DNA of 43,434 nucleotides from Xanthobacteraceae bacterium (lineage in GTDB: Bacteria > Pseudomonadota > Alphaproteobacteria > Rhizobiales > Xanthobacteraceae): contig DATJYT010000032.1 of the NCBI GenBank assembly GCA_035499475.1, positions 1-43,434 on the forward strand. The letters are read 5' to 3'. Below the pieces are notes generated by a model that was given only the letters and a program-made list of their open reading frames with translations, was not told the origin of the DNA and did not search any database. The position numbers and the translations under genes were made by a program. Of the stretch, positions 8,439 through 16,523 are shown in pieces; within the stretch, counting starts at the first letter, position 1, and each line of letters starts with the position of its first letter.

Positions 8439-8560
8439 TCGCTACCCGGATTGGTGCTGTTCGGCCGCGATCCTGGCCGGAATCGCGGCCAAAATTGGCG
8501 CGGAACCTAGCGGATGACAGGCTGTTTCACAACCACCGTGCCGCTTCTTCTGCGCTCGTC

Positions 8561-9022
8561 TCATTCATTGCCGGTTTTGGCGCTGGCGAAACGCTCCCGC
8601 AGCCGTGCCGTGAGTTGATCGCGCAGCTCCCGATAGGCATCGAGTCTCTGCTCGCGGCTGCCTTCGACTACTGTCGGATCCGGTGTCGGCCAATATTCGA
8701 CATCGACGGCGCTGGTGCGGGTGAGCTCGAGCGCCTGATGATGCGCCTCCGGCGCCAGCGTGACGATGAGATCGAAATTGAGCCCCTCCCAGTCCTCAAG
8801 CTCCTCGAACGTCACCGGCTTGTGGCGCGAAATATCGATGCCGACCTCCGCCATAGCGGCGACCGCGAATGCGTCAAGCTCGCCTTTGCGCACGCCGGCC
8901 GAACCGACATAGATCGAGCGGCCGAACATCTGCGAAAACAGGCCCGCGGCGATAGGGGAGCGCACGGAATTGAGGCCGCAGGCGAACAGCACCGCCAGAG
9001 GCCGGCTCGATTGCGGCGGCAT
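8561..9022 (-). CDS. Low-molecular-weight phosphotyrosine phosphatase / ArsC-like family protein
   Basis: The P-loop VLFACGLNSVRS is the C-x5-R-S motif. The size (153 aa) fits the family. Confidence 0.85.
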   Translation of the reverse strand: MPPQSSRPLAVLFACGLNSVRSPIAAGLFSQMFGRSIYVGSAGVRKGELDAFAVAAMAEVGIDISRHKPVTFEELEDWEGLNFDLIVTLAPEAHHQALELTRTSAVDVEYWPTPDPTVVEGSREQRLDAYRELRDQLTARLRERFASAKTGNE

Positions 9023-9029
9023 CGCGCCC

Positions 9030-9524
9030 TCAGCCCTTCCAGTGCAGCACTGCGATCAGCGTGAACAGCCGACGTGCGGTGTCGAAGTCGACGTCGACCT
9101 TTCGCTTGAGCCGCTCCATCAGGATGCGCGAGCCCTCGTCGTGCAAGCCGCGCCGGCCCATATCGAGCGCCTCGATGCGGTCCGGCGTAGCCGTGCGGAT
9201 CGCCGCGTAGTAGCTGTCGCATACCGTGAAGTAGTCTTTCACGATGCGGCGGAACGGCGCCAGCGACAGCATGTGTGCGATCACCGGCGTGCCGTCGGTC
9301 AAACGAATGTCGAAGACCAGGCGACTGCCGTTGACGCCGAGCTGAAGCGCATAGGGTCCGCCGTCGTGGCCGACCGGCGCGAAACTGTTCTCCTCGATCA
9401 GATCGTAGATCGCAATCGTGCGCTCGTGCTCGACTTCATCGTTTGAACGGCCGATCGAAGATTCGTCGAGCGTGATGGCCGCAAGCCGGCTCGGCTTTTT
9501 CTTTTCACGAGCCGCGCGCGCCAT
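9030..9524 (-). CDS. UPF0262 family protein
   Basis: [32 protein letters not shown]...RLVFDIR matches the UPF0262 pattern. Its start overlaps the hisD stop by 1 nt, the usual alphaproteobacterial arrangement. Confidence 0.8.
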   Translation of the reverse strand: MARAAREKKKPSRLAAITLDESSIGRSNDEVEHERTIAIYDLIEENSFAPVGHDGGPYALQLGVNGSRLVFDIRLTDGTPVIAHMLSLAPFRRIVKDYFTVCDSYYAAIRTATPDRIEALDMGRRGLHDEGSRILMERLKRKVDVDFDTARRLFTLIAVLHWKG

Positions 9525-10816
9525 CAGCCGTTAAGCCGTATGGTGACGGAGCGGGCATGGGCGTCGAGGCCTTCCGCCGTTCCAAGCGTCACGGCGGCGG
9601 CGCCGAGCGCGCGCAATTGGTCGGGTCCGCATTTGAGGATCGACGTGCGCTTCATGAAATCGAGGACGCCGAGGCCGGAGGAAAAACGCGCCGAGCGCGC
9701 CGTCGGCAGCACGTGGTTGGATCCGGCCACGTAATCGCCGATCGCTTCCGGCGTGTGTGCGCCGATGAAGATCGCGCCGGCATTGCGGATGCGCTGCGCG
9801 AGCTGGTCGGCGTTCTCGGTCTCGAGCTCGAGGTGCTCCGGCGCGATGGCATCGATGAGTGGAACGGCTTCATCGAGATTGCGCACCAGGATCGTGGCGC
9901 CGAAGTCGCGCCATGAAGCGGCTGCGACCTTGCCGCGAGGCAATTGCGCAAGCTGGCCGGCAACCGCGCGCTCGACAGCGTCGGTAAGCGCCGCGTCGTC
10001 GGTCATCAGGATCGCTTGCGCGCTCTCGTCATGTTCGGCCTGCGCCAGGAGGTCGGCCGCGATCCAATCCGGGTTGCCGTTTTTGTCGGCGACGATCAGC
10101 ACCTCGGACGGCCCGGCAATCATATCGATTCCGACCTTGCCGAACACCATGCGCTTGGCGGCGGCCACGTAGGCGTTGCCCGGGCCGACAATCTTGGCGA
10201 CCGGCGCGATCGTCTCGGTCCCGTAGCTCAGGGCCGCGATCGCCTGCGCGCCGCCAAGGCGAAAGATTTCGTCGACGCCGGCAAGCTTTGCAGCGGCAAG
10301 CACGAGCGGGCTAAGCTTGCCGTCGGGCGCCGGCACCACCATGGCGATGCGCGGCACGCCCGCGACCTTGGCCGGAACGGCGTTCATCAGGACCGACGAC
10401 GGATAGGCCGCCGTACCGCCCGGCACGTAAAGCCCAACGGCATCGATGGCCGTCCAGCGCGAGCCAAGCTCGACGCCGAGGGTATCGATAAAGCGATCGT
10501 CCTGCGGAAGCTGCCGGCGGTGATAGACTTCGATGCGGTCGCGGGCGAATTCCAGTGCGGCCAGCGCGTCCCGGCCGCTCGCCTTCTGCGCTGCGGCGAT
10601 TTCTTCCGCGGTTACGCGCAAACCGATCCTGTCGAGATCGACGCGATCGAATTTTAACGTGTAATCCTTCAGCGCCCGGTCGCCGCGGGCCGCGACGTCG
10701 GCAATAATGGCGCGCACCGCTGCTTCGACATCGGCCGAGGCCTCACGCTTGGTATCGAGAAACGCGCGGAAATTTTGCGCGAAATCGGGAGAGCGGGTGT
10801 CGAGGCGGATCGCCAT
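9524..10816 (-). CDS. hisD: Histidinol dehydrogenase
   Basis: 430 aa with hallmark segments [48 protein letters not shown] and NHVLPT. Confidence 0.95.
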   Translation of the reverse strand: MAIRLDTRSPDFAQNFRAFLDTKREASADVEAAVRAIIADVAARGDRALKDYTLKFDRVDLDRIGLRVTAEEIAAAQKASGRDALAALEFARDRIEVYHRRQLPQDDRFIDTLGVELGSRWTAIDAVGLYVPGGTAAYPSSVLMNAVPAKVAGVPRIAMVVPAPDGKLSPLVLAAAKLAGVDEIFRLGGAQAIAALSYGTETIAPVAKIVGPGNAYVAAAKRMVFGKVGIDMIAGPSEVLIVADKNGNPDWIAADLLAQAEHDESAQAILMTDDAALTDAVERAVAGQLAQLPRGKVAAASWRDFGATILVRNLDEAVPLIDAIAPEHLELETENADQLAQRIRNAGAIFIGAHTPEAIGDYVAGSNHVLPTARSARFSSGLGVLDFMKRTSILKCGPDQLRALGAAAVTLGTAEGLDAHARSVTIRLNG

Positions 10817-10866
10817 GGTCGTCCTGTGCAGTGCAGCGTCGCGATCACGGGTAGCAGCCCTCTGAC

Positions 10867-10883
10867 ATTATAACAATTCTAAT
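10867..10883. promoter_or_regulatory. ICE-like (Irr-type) imperfect palindrome in the hisD / iron-permease divergent region
   Basis: ATTATAA-CAA-TTCTAAT is an inverted repeat with one mismatch. It matches 11 of 14 positions of the Bradyrhizobium iron control element TTTAGAA-N3-TTCTAAA as I recall it. Confidence 0.35.
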
Positions 10884-11001
10884 ATTGGGCTTTTCGATTG
10901 ACAAAAAGTGCGTTGTTCCCCAACTCCTTAGACAGTCTTTCAACGGATTGCACTAAGCTGTACCGGCTATGGTTGACCGCGTTTCTTCGAGGATCGTCGC
11001 C

Positions 11002-11331
11002 ATGCTTTGCGCGTCAGCGCTGCTAGGGGCGGGACTTGTGATTGGCAGCGTCATCGCACGCGCCGATGAGCCGGTCTCACTGTCGATTACCATGAAGGAT
11101 CACAAGTTCGATCCTCCGGAATTGCACGCGCCGCCGGGCAAGCAGATCGCCATCCACGTCAAGAACCAGAACGATATCGTATCGGAATTTGAAAGCAGCG
11201 ATCTGCATTTCGAAAAAATCGTACCTGTCGGCAGCGAAGCGGTGGTCTATGTGCGGCCGCAACAGCCCGGGCGTTACAATTTCTTTGACGACTTTCATCA
11301 CGAGACCCAGGGCTACCTGGTCGTGCCATGA
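11002..11331 (+). CDS. Periplasmic cupredoxin-like protein (FtrB/EfeO-N-like), iron-uptake accessory
   Basis: Signal-like N-terminus MLCASALLGAGLVIGSVIARA. The beta-rich body contains ITMKDHKFDPPELHAPPGKQIAIHVKNQ and GRYNFFDDFHHETQGYLVV. A GAGGA lies 8 nt before the ATG at 11002; the alternative ATG at 10969 has no RBS. Confidence 0.7.
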   Translation: MLCASALLGAGLVIGSVIARADEPVSLSITMKDHKFDPPELHAPPGKQIAIHVKNQNDIVSEFESSDLHFEKIVPVGSEAVVYVRPQQPGRYNFFDDFHHETQGYLVVP

Positions 11332-11379
11332 TGAAGGCTGCCAAAGAAATTGACATGAAACGAGTGCCGTGAGGTTGCC

Positions 11380-12207
11380 GTGCTGGCCGCATTGCTGATC
11401 GTCTTTCGCGAAGTCTTCGAGGCCGGCCTCATCGTCGGCATCGTGATGGCGGTCACTGCCGGTGTGCCTGGACGCAGCTTCTGGGTTACGGGCGGTGTCA
11501 TCGCCGGCGTGCTCGGCGCCTGCGTGGTGGCGTTATTCACCGGCGCGCTGTCCAATTTATTCGGTGGCAGCGGTCAGGAAATTTTCAACGCAACCATTCT
11601 TGGTTTCGCCGTGCTGATGCTCACCTGGCACAACGTCTGGATGGCCCGCCACGGGCGAGAGATGGCGGCTGAATTGCGGGCGGCCGGCGAAGCCGTGGCG
11701 AAGGGATCGAAGTCGCTCGCCGCGCTCGGCATCGTTGTGGCGATCGCGGTGCTGCGCGAGGGTTCCGAAGTCGTCCTGTTTCTGTATGGCGTCGCGGCAG
11801 CGCAGGGCGGCGCCAGTTTCGCCATGGTGGTGGGAGGATTCATCGGGCTCGTCCTCGGCTCGTTGGTGTGCCTGATGACTTATCTGGGCCTCATCACCAT
11901 TCCGACCCGCTATCTCTTCACTGTCACCAGCGCGCTGATCGCGCTGCTCGCCGCCGGCATGGCGGCGCAGGCGATCGCATTCCTCGAGCAAGCCAACATT
12001 CTCACCGCCCTCGATGAGACGGTGTGGGATACGTCCTGGATCCTAAGCGATTCAAGCTATCTGGGGCGCGCGCTGCACACGCTGATCGGCTATGTCGATC
12101 AACCGACCGCCATGCAACTCATTGTCTATGCGGCCACGCTCGGCGCGATCGTCTTGTTGATGAAGCTCTTTTCCGCGCCGCCGCCACAACGGCCGCGAAC
12201 CGTCTGA
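11380..12207 (+). CDS. FTR1-family high-affinity iron permease
   Basis: Two REXXE motifs (REVFEAG and REGSEVV) in a polytopic membrane protein. GTG start preceded by GAGG. Confidence 0.85.
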   Translation: MLAALLIVFREVFEAGLIVGIVMAVTAGVPGRSFWVTGGVIAGVLGACVVALFTGALSNLFGGSGQEIFNATILGFAVLMLTWHNVWMARHGREMAAELRAAGEAVAKGSKSLAALGIVVAIAVLREGSEVVLFLYGVAAAQGGASFAMVVGGFIGLVLGSLVCLMTYLGLITIPTRYLFTVTSALIALLAAGMAAQAIAFLEQANILTALDETVWDTSWILSDSSYLGRALHTLIGYVDQPTAMQLIVYAATLGAIVLLMKLFSAPPPQRPRTV

Positions 12208-12211
12208 GCGC

Positions 12212-12673
12212 TTACGCCGTCGCCGACCCGGCGGTGAAGTGATCGGGGCAGATCGTTGCCGCGGACACTTCGCCGAGATCGGCAAGTTCCGCTTCAAGAC
12301 ACTCGACATCAAGGCGAATGACGCCACCGCCCGAGAAGGTCAGCGTAATGACTCCGGCCGGTGCATCGCGCTCGGCAAATTCGACAGCCAGCAGATTGAG
12401 CCGCGCCTTCTTGTCGGCAGGATTGAGGCCGCGGCACTTGCAGGCGAGGACGCGCTCGAAGCGCAGCGCGGTCCGGCAGCGGCGGTAATCGGCATTAGCA
12501 TCGACCGCCGTCATCCAGTCGAAACGATTGAGCGCCATCACGAAACGATGCTCGCGGGGCTGCCAGAAAATGTCGGCGACATGCACTACGGCGTCCTGCA
12601 CGTGCGCCGACACTACCTCGATGTCGTCTTTGTCGAGGGCGACGAGCTTGAGTTCTTCCGGGCAGACGCTCAT
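12212..12673 (-). CDS. DUF2948 family protein
   Basis: LKLVALDKDDIEVVSAHVQDAVVHVADIFWQPREHRFVMALNRFDW...ALRFERVLACKCRGL matches my memory of DUF2948. I chose the ATG at 12673; the listed longer ORF adds a non-protein-like N-terminus. Confidence 0.72.
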   Translation of the reverse strand: MSVCPEELKLVALDKDDIEVVSAHVQDAVVHVADIFWQPREHRFVMALNRFDWMTAVDANADYRRCRTALRFERVLACKCRGLNPADKKARLNLLAVEFAERDAPAGVITLTFSGGGVIRLDVECLEAELADLGEVSAATICPDHFTAGSATA

Positions 12674-12779
12674 CTCTGGCCGCTTCCCTGCTTTTGGCGT
12701 TGTTGTTTGGTCTGGACCAAAAGCTAAGAAGGACTGCTGCCGCCTGCAAGCCCCGAATGAGCGGTCTTGAGACTTAAAT

Positions 12780-13196
12780 CTAGAACGAGGCGCAAGCCTC
12801 GTACACGACGATCCCGACCGAGCGTTGCCGGAATGCCCGTTTGTAGGCGGCGGCAATGGCGTCGAGGCGGGCTTCATCGTCGGCGCGGCCCGGCATGACG
12901 ATTTCGACGTGTTTCGACGGCTCACGCACGATCCGGCCGCTCGCGGGATTGCGCCATTGGCCGGTCGCATCGGTGATGGTCAGGCCGTCCGGAAAGCGTG
13001 GAGTCACTTCACGGGCGATAAACTGCGCCCATCTGGCTTCGCTGACGCTGACGCGATTGCCGATGTCGCGGCCGAAGAACAGTTCGGCAACTTCCTTTGG
13101 CCGCTGCGTGCCGTGACATGAAAGCGCCAGCGCCGGACCACCGGCGTAAATCCAAGCTGCAAGGCAGATGAATAAGGAACGGTCCGCGATCCGCAT
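12780..13196 (-). CDS. DUF3574 domain-containing secreted protein
   Basis: A signal-like segment SLFICLAAWIYAGGPALA is followed by ELFFGRDIGNRVSVSEARWAQFIAREVTPRFPDGLTITDATGQW. The start is ATG 13196 or GTG 13199. Confidence 0.68.
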   Translation of the reverse strand: MRIADRSLFICLAAWIYAGGPALALSCHGTQRPKEVAELFFGRDIGNRVSVSEARWAQFIAREVTPRFPDGLTITDATGQWRNPASGRIVREPSKHVEIVMPGRADDEARLDAIAAAYKRAFRQRSVGIVVYEACASF

Positions 13197-13212
13197 CACG
13201 GACGCGCCACGC

Positions 13213-13356
13213 TCAGACCTCTTCCGGGGGCAGCGGTTTGCCCGCACGCTGGAGCATGCGCGTCATCTCATCGCGCGTCGCACAAGCCGAGATCGCTGCC
13301 CATAGTCCCATCGCGCACACAATGCCGAAAGCGCAACTGACGAAAACGGTCTGCAT
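13213..13356 (-). CDS. Candidate small membrane protein (47 codons; below the ORF-track cutoff)
   Basis: My translation is MQTVFVSCAFGIVCAMGLWAAISACATRDEMTRMLQRAGKPLPPEEV. An AAGGAA lies 8 nt upstream of the ATG. There is one hydrophobic helix followed by a charged tail. Confidence 0.3.
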   Translation of the reverse strand: MQTVFVSCAFGIVCAMGLWAAISACATRDEMTRMLQRAGKPLPPEEV

Positions 13357-13500
13357 CAAACAAATTCCTTCGGGATTTTGACGGCAAAATATGCGGCGGA
13401 CCTTTCTTAATCGTTAGGACCGGAGCCTCCTGAGGCACACAGCCATGCAGGCCGGCGACATCCCCGTCACCGGCCTGCATAGGTCCCTTTTGTTCGCCGA

Positions 13501-15510
13501 TTATTTGCAGCCTTGCGGCGTCATCGTCTTGCCCGGCGGGCACGGCGGTGGGCGCTTTGGCGGCGGGGGCCCGGCCGCAGGTGGAGGCGGCTTGGCTGCC
13601 GTTGGCACCGGCGGATGCGGTGGCGGAGGCGCCGGCGGGGGCGGCCCGGGCTTCGCAACGGCTGGAGCGGGGCCCGGATGCGGCAGCAGAGGCGCAGGTT
13701 TGAATGTCGTCGGAGTCCTCGGTGCGGGAGGCGGTGGTGAAGGTGGCGCAGGCGCGGGTTTCACGACAGCCGGCGCCGGACCCGTAGGCGCCGGAGGCGG
13801 TGTTGCAGGCTTGATCGTCGCCGGCACAGGTCCGGGATGTATGGGTGGCGGCGGTCCGGGCTTCACGGTGGCAGGCGCCGGGCCCGACGGCTGCGCCGGC
13901 AGCGGTGAGGGCTTTACAAACGCCGTCGGCGGCGTCGGTTTTGAGGGCGGCGTCGAGGCTCCGGGCGGCGGCGGTGCCGCAATCGGTGCTCCGCCCGGCA
14001 GCGCTCGGCGTTCTTCGCGCCCGCCGGGCGGTCCGCCCGGGCCGACGCGTTGCACTGCTCCAGGCAATGAGACGGAAAGCGGCGCCCTGCTTCCGGGCGG
14101 CGCTCCGGGTCCGCCCGGTCCAGCAGCTCCCCCGGTCGCCGGCCGCACCACTACGGCGGCCGGTGGTCTGACGAAGGCGGGAATGACAGTCGGCCCCGGT
14201 AGCGGTAGGCCGAAACGTCCACTCGGAGGCGGCGGTGGCGGTAGGGCGCCGAACGCCCGCGGGCGCGGCGGCAGGAAGAACAGGGGCGGCCGTGGCGGCG
14301 GTGCAAAGCCGGGCCCCGCGAAGATGAAAACCGGCCGGTCGAAGAAAACGAGCTCGGCGGGCGGCGGCGGCGGCACGCCAAAATCGTAGAGGACAAAATT
14401 CGGCGGCGGGTCGAATGGCGCGCTGAGCATCGCCAGACGGCGCCGGGCGTCCCAGGAGTGCGGCCCGTGCGGATAGCGGCGCAGGTAGGACCAGTAGGCC
14501 GGCGGCGTATTGGCCAGCACGCAGCGGCGCCAGACGATCTCTTCACGGCGCACCGCCAGCATCGCGGCGACGCGCTGCGAATATGGACTGTCCGGATAGA
14601 TCGCGAGGAACTGTTCGTAGGCCTCGATCGTGTCACGATCGAGCGCCGCCGCGTAGGCGTCATCGACGTTCGGGAAGTCGCGCAGCGGCTTGCTGCGAAT
14701 ATCGGCGAGCGGCATCACGTTCGGCGGCGGCGGCGCGCCGGGGGCCAATTCGGTCATGAAGAACGGCCCGTTGATCTGAGAAACCGACCACGGAATTTCG
14801 GCGCCCTGGGTGAGATCGCTGACACGCAGGCGCAGCCGCGCGAAGATATCGTCGAGCGAAAGGCCTCCGGTTGCGATCATCTCGGTGAGCGAGTTCGCAT
14901 AGGCACCGTAAGGTCCTTGCTCCTGCGGCCCAACGGTGCCGGGCGCCGCGTTATAGGCGACCGCCATGCCGCCGATCGGGTCGATCAGCGCTAATCCGCT
15001 CGCCAGCGGTTGGCCGCCGATCGTGAACGGATTTTGCCGTGCGGCGTCCAGGATGACGATCTTGGCGCGCCCCGGCATGGCCGCGAGCGGCTGGAGGAAA
15101 TCCGATACGCGGATGGCTTGAAGCGGAACGTCAACGTCGCGCTGCAAATCGGCGTCGACCGGAACGAAATAATTCTCGCCTTCGAACTGCAAGCCGAGGC
15201 CGGAGAGATAGACGAGCGCGACCGCATCGGGTCCGGCCGCGGAAACCTGGCCGATAAACTCACGGAATGATTCGCGCAGCGTCTGCTGATCGAGGTTGCG
15301 TGCGCCGGTGACGGTGAATCCCGCAGCCTGAAGCGCGTTGGCAACAAGACCAGCATCGTTGGCCGGCGTCGCCAGCCTGCCCGCCTTGTATTGATCGTTG
15401 CCGATGACAAGAGCAAACCGTTGCTCTTGTGCATGCCCCACGCTTTGACCGAGCAACAACGCCAGGACGATAGCCGGCCATAACAACGACAGACGTGAAA
15501 GCTTCCCCAT
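13501..15510 (-). CDS. Secreted caspase (Peptidase_C14)-fold protein with substituted catalytic dyad and proline-rich C-terminal region
   Basis: Has a signal-like N-terminus and a caspase-type core (RFALVIGNDQY, NDAGLVANALQAAGF). The dyad positions read YLSGLG (Leu instead of His) and ILDAARQNPF (Ala instead of Cys). Two helical repeats follow (AYEQFLAIYPDSPYSQRV and AYWSYLRRYPHGPHSWDARRRL), then about 290 aa of Pro-rich sequence. Confidence 0.85.
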   Translation of the reverse strand: MGKLSRLSLLWPAIVLALLLGQSVGHAQEQRFALVIGNDQYKAGRLATPANDAGLVANALQAAGFTVTGARNLDQQTLRESFREFIGQVSAAGPDAVALVYLSGLGLQFEGENYFVPVDADLQRDVDVPLQAIRVSDFLQPLAAMPGRAKIVILDAARQNPFTIGGQPLASGLALIDPIGGMAVAYNAAPGTVGPQEQGPYGAYANSLTEMIATGGLSLDDIFARLRLRVSDLTQGAEIPWSVSQINGPFFMTELAPGAPPPPNVMPLADIRSKPLRDFPNVDDAYAAALDRDTIEAYEQFLAIYPDSPYSQRVAAMLAVRREEIVWRRCVLANTPPAYWSYLRRYPHGPHSWDARRRLAMLSAPFDPPPNFVLYDFGVPPPPPAELVFFDRPVFIFAGPGFAPPPRPPLFFLPPRPRAFGALPPPPPPSGRFGLPLPGPTVIPAFVRPPAAVVVRPATGGAAGPGGPGAPPGSRAPLSVSLPGAVQRVGPGGPPGGREERRALPGGAPIAAPPPPGASTPPSKPTPPTAFVKPSPLPAQPSGPAPATVKPGPPPPIHPGPVPATIKPATPPPAPTGPAPAVVKPAPAPPSPPPPAPRTPTTFKPAPLLPHPGPAPAVAKPGPPPPAPPPPHPPVPTAAKPPPPAAGPPPPKRPPPCPPGKTMTPQGCK
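13504..14376 (-). repeat. Proline-rich low-complexity coding region with degenerate x-K-P units
   Basis: Residues ~379-669 of the caspase-fold ORF carry recurring FVKP, TVKP, TIKP, VVKP, TFKP, VAKP and AAKP units separated by PPPP / PAPA runs. On the plus strand this produces a Gly-rich shadow ORF. Confidence 0.8.
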
Positions 15511-15925
15511 TGGTGTCCCCGAATCGGCGCGCTATCTGCGCTCTGCGTCGAGCGGAATCCTGCCGATCAATGGGTCCAAATGATGTCGAAACGACCCTCC
15601 GTACCGCGAGCGACGACGTGATGAGACGGGTTGTCCGCTCATTTGATGTCGGCTATTCGCTTATTGGGTGATGGCGTGGCAATGAGTGTGTTGCATGGCG
15701 GGTCGTCCGTTTAATGCGGTGCGTCGTAAAAGTTGGATTTGCGTCCGTCGCCGCAGCACGCTAAAAAGTATCTAACAAACTGTTTCTTAACTTGGCTTGC
15801 CGCATGTGCGGTAGCGTCTGCAGGTAGTGGTTTGATTGCAAATCATGGAATCACCATCCGATCTGCCGACTTTTCTTTCTGTTCCGCAAGGGATAGAAGC
15901 TGCGTTCATTGGAGAGGGAGGTTTC

Positions 15926-16102
15926 ATGGCTAAGAGAGCAAAGAAAAGGCGCGCTTGGACCACAGTCGAGGTCCGCGATCTGAAATCGATGGCGCGCAAG
16001 AAGACACCGGCGGGCAAAATTGCCAAGAAGTTAAGACGGTCTGAGGGCGCAACGCGCCAGAAGGCTTTCAGCATCGGGCTGTCACTCGATTCCCGTTCCT
16101 GA
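15926..16102 (+). CDS. Small basic protein (58 aa) with Myb/SANT- or GcrA-N-terminal-like helix-turn-helix pattern
   Basis: A strong RBS GGAGAGGGAGG lies 4 nt before the ATG at 15926. The sequence is MAKRAKKRRAWTTVEVRDLKSMARKKTPAGKIAKKLRRSEGATRQKAFSIGLSL. Its W-T-x-x-E...L...IA..L.R....R.K....GL spacing is like the GcrA N-terminal domain. Confidence 0.55.
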   Translation: MAKRAKKRRAWTTVEVRDLKSMARKKTPAGKIAKKLRRSEGATRQKAFSIGLSLDSRS

Positions 16103-16523
16103 ACAAAACGCAATCATAAAATTCGCTTTTAACGCGCATCGGCGCCGATCTGGAAACAGGTTCGGCGCCGAGGCGTGACGATTTGTTATTGAAGCTGTGC
16201 TCAGTTGCGCGGCGGTGATGTCGGCCGAGCGATGGCGGCTGGACGGTTGCGATTGGTATCAGCAGGGACGACGTCTGCTGACCAGCGCGTTGCAGGGCCC
16301 CGGGGAACGGCCGTAACGGGGAAAGGCCTGACGGAACCGCAATTTAGTCATTAACCGCGGGGCCTGAACCGGCACCCTATTGTGGCGTACTAAGGGTATG
16401 ATAGTGGGCTCTGGCGTATATTCGGTCGGGTGTTTCGCTATTTCGGCTCTCGGCTCGGCCATTGCTTCCCGGGAGACAGGTTTGGACGTGATACCGCGCC
16501 CGTTACCGTATTAGGCTGCCCCG

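Noticed and set aside
12674-12970. N-terminal ~100-aa extension of the DUF2948 ORF (listed as 12212-12970).
   Set aside because: The extension is Arg/Ser/Pro-rich and non-protein-like, and the family is about 150 aa. The internal ATG at 12673 gives a full-length DUF2948 protein.
13445-14389. 314-aa Gly-rich ORF on the plus strand.
   Set aside because: It is the antisense mirror of the Pro-rich (CCN) coding region of the caspase-fold gene. It has no RBS and a homopolymer-like composition, so it is a shadow ORF.
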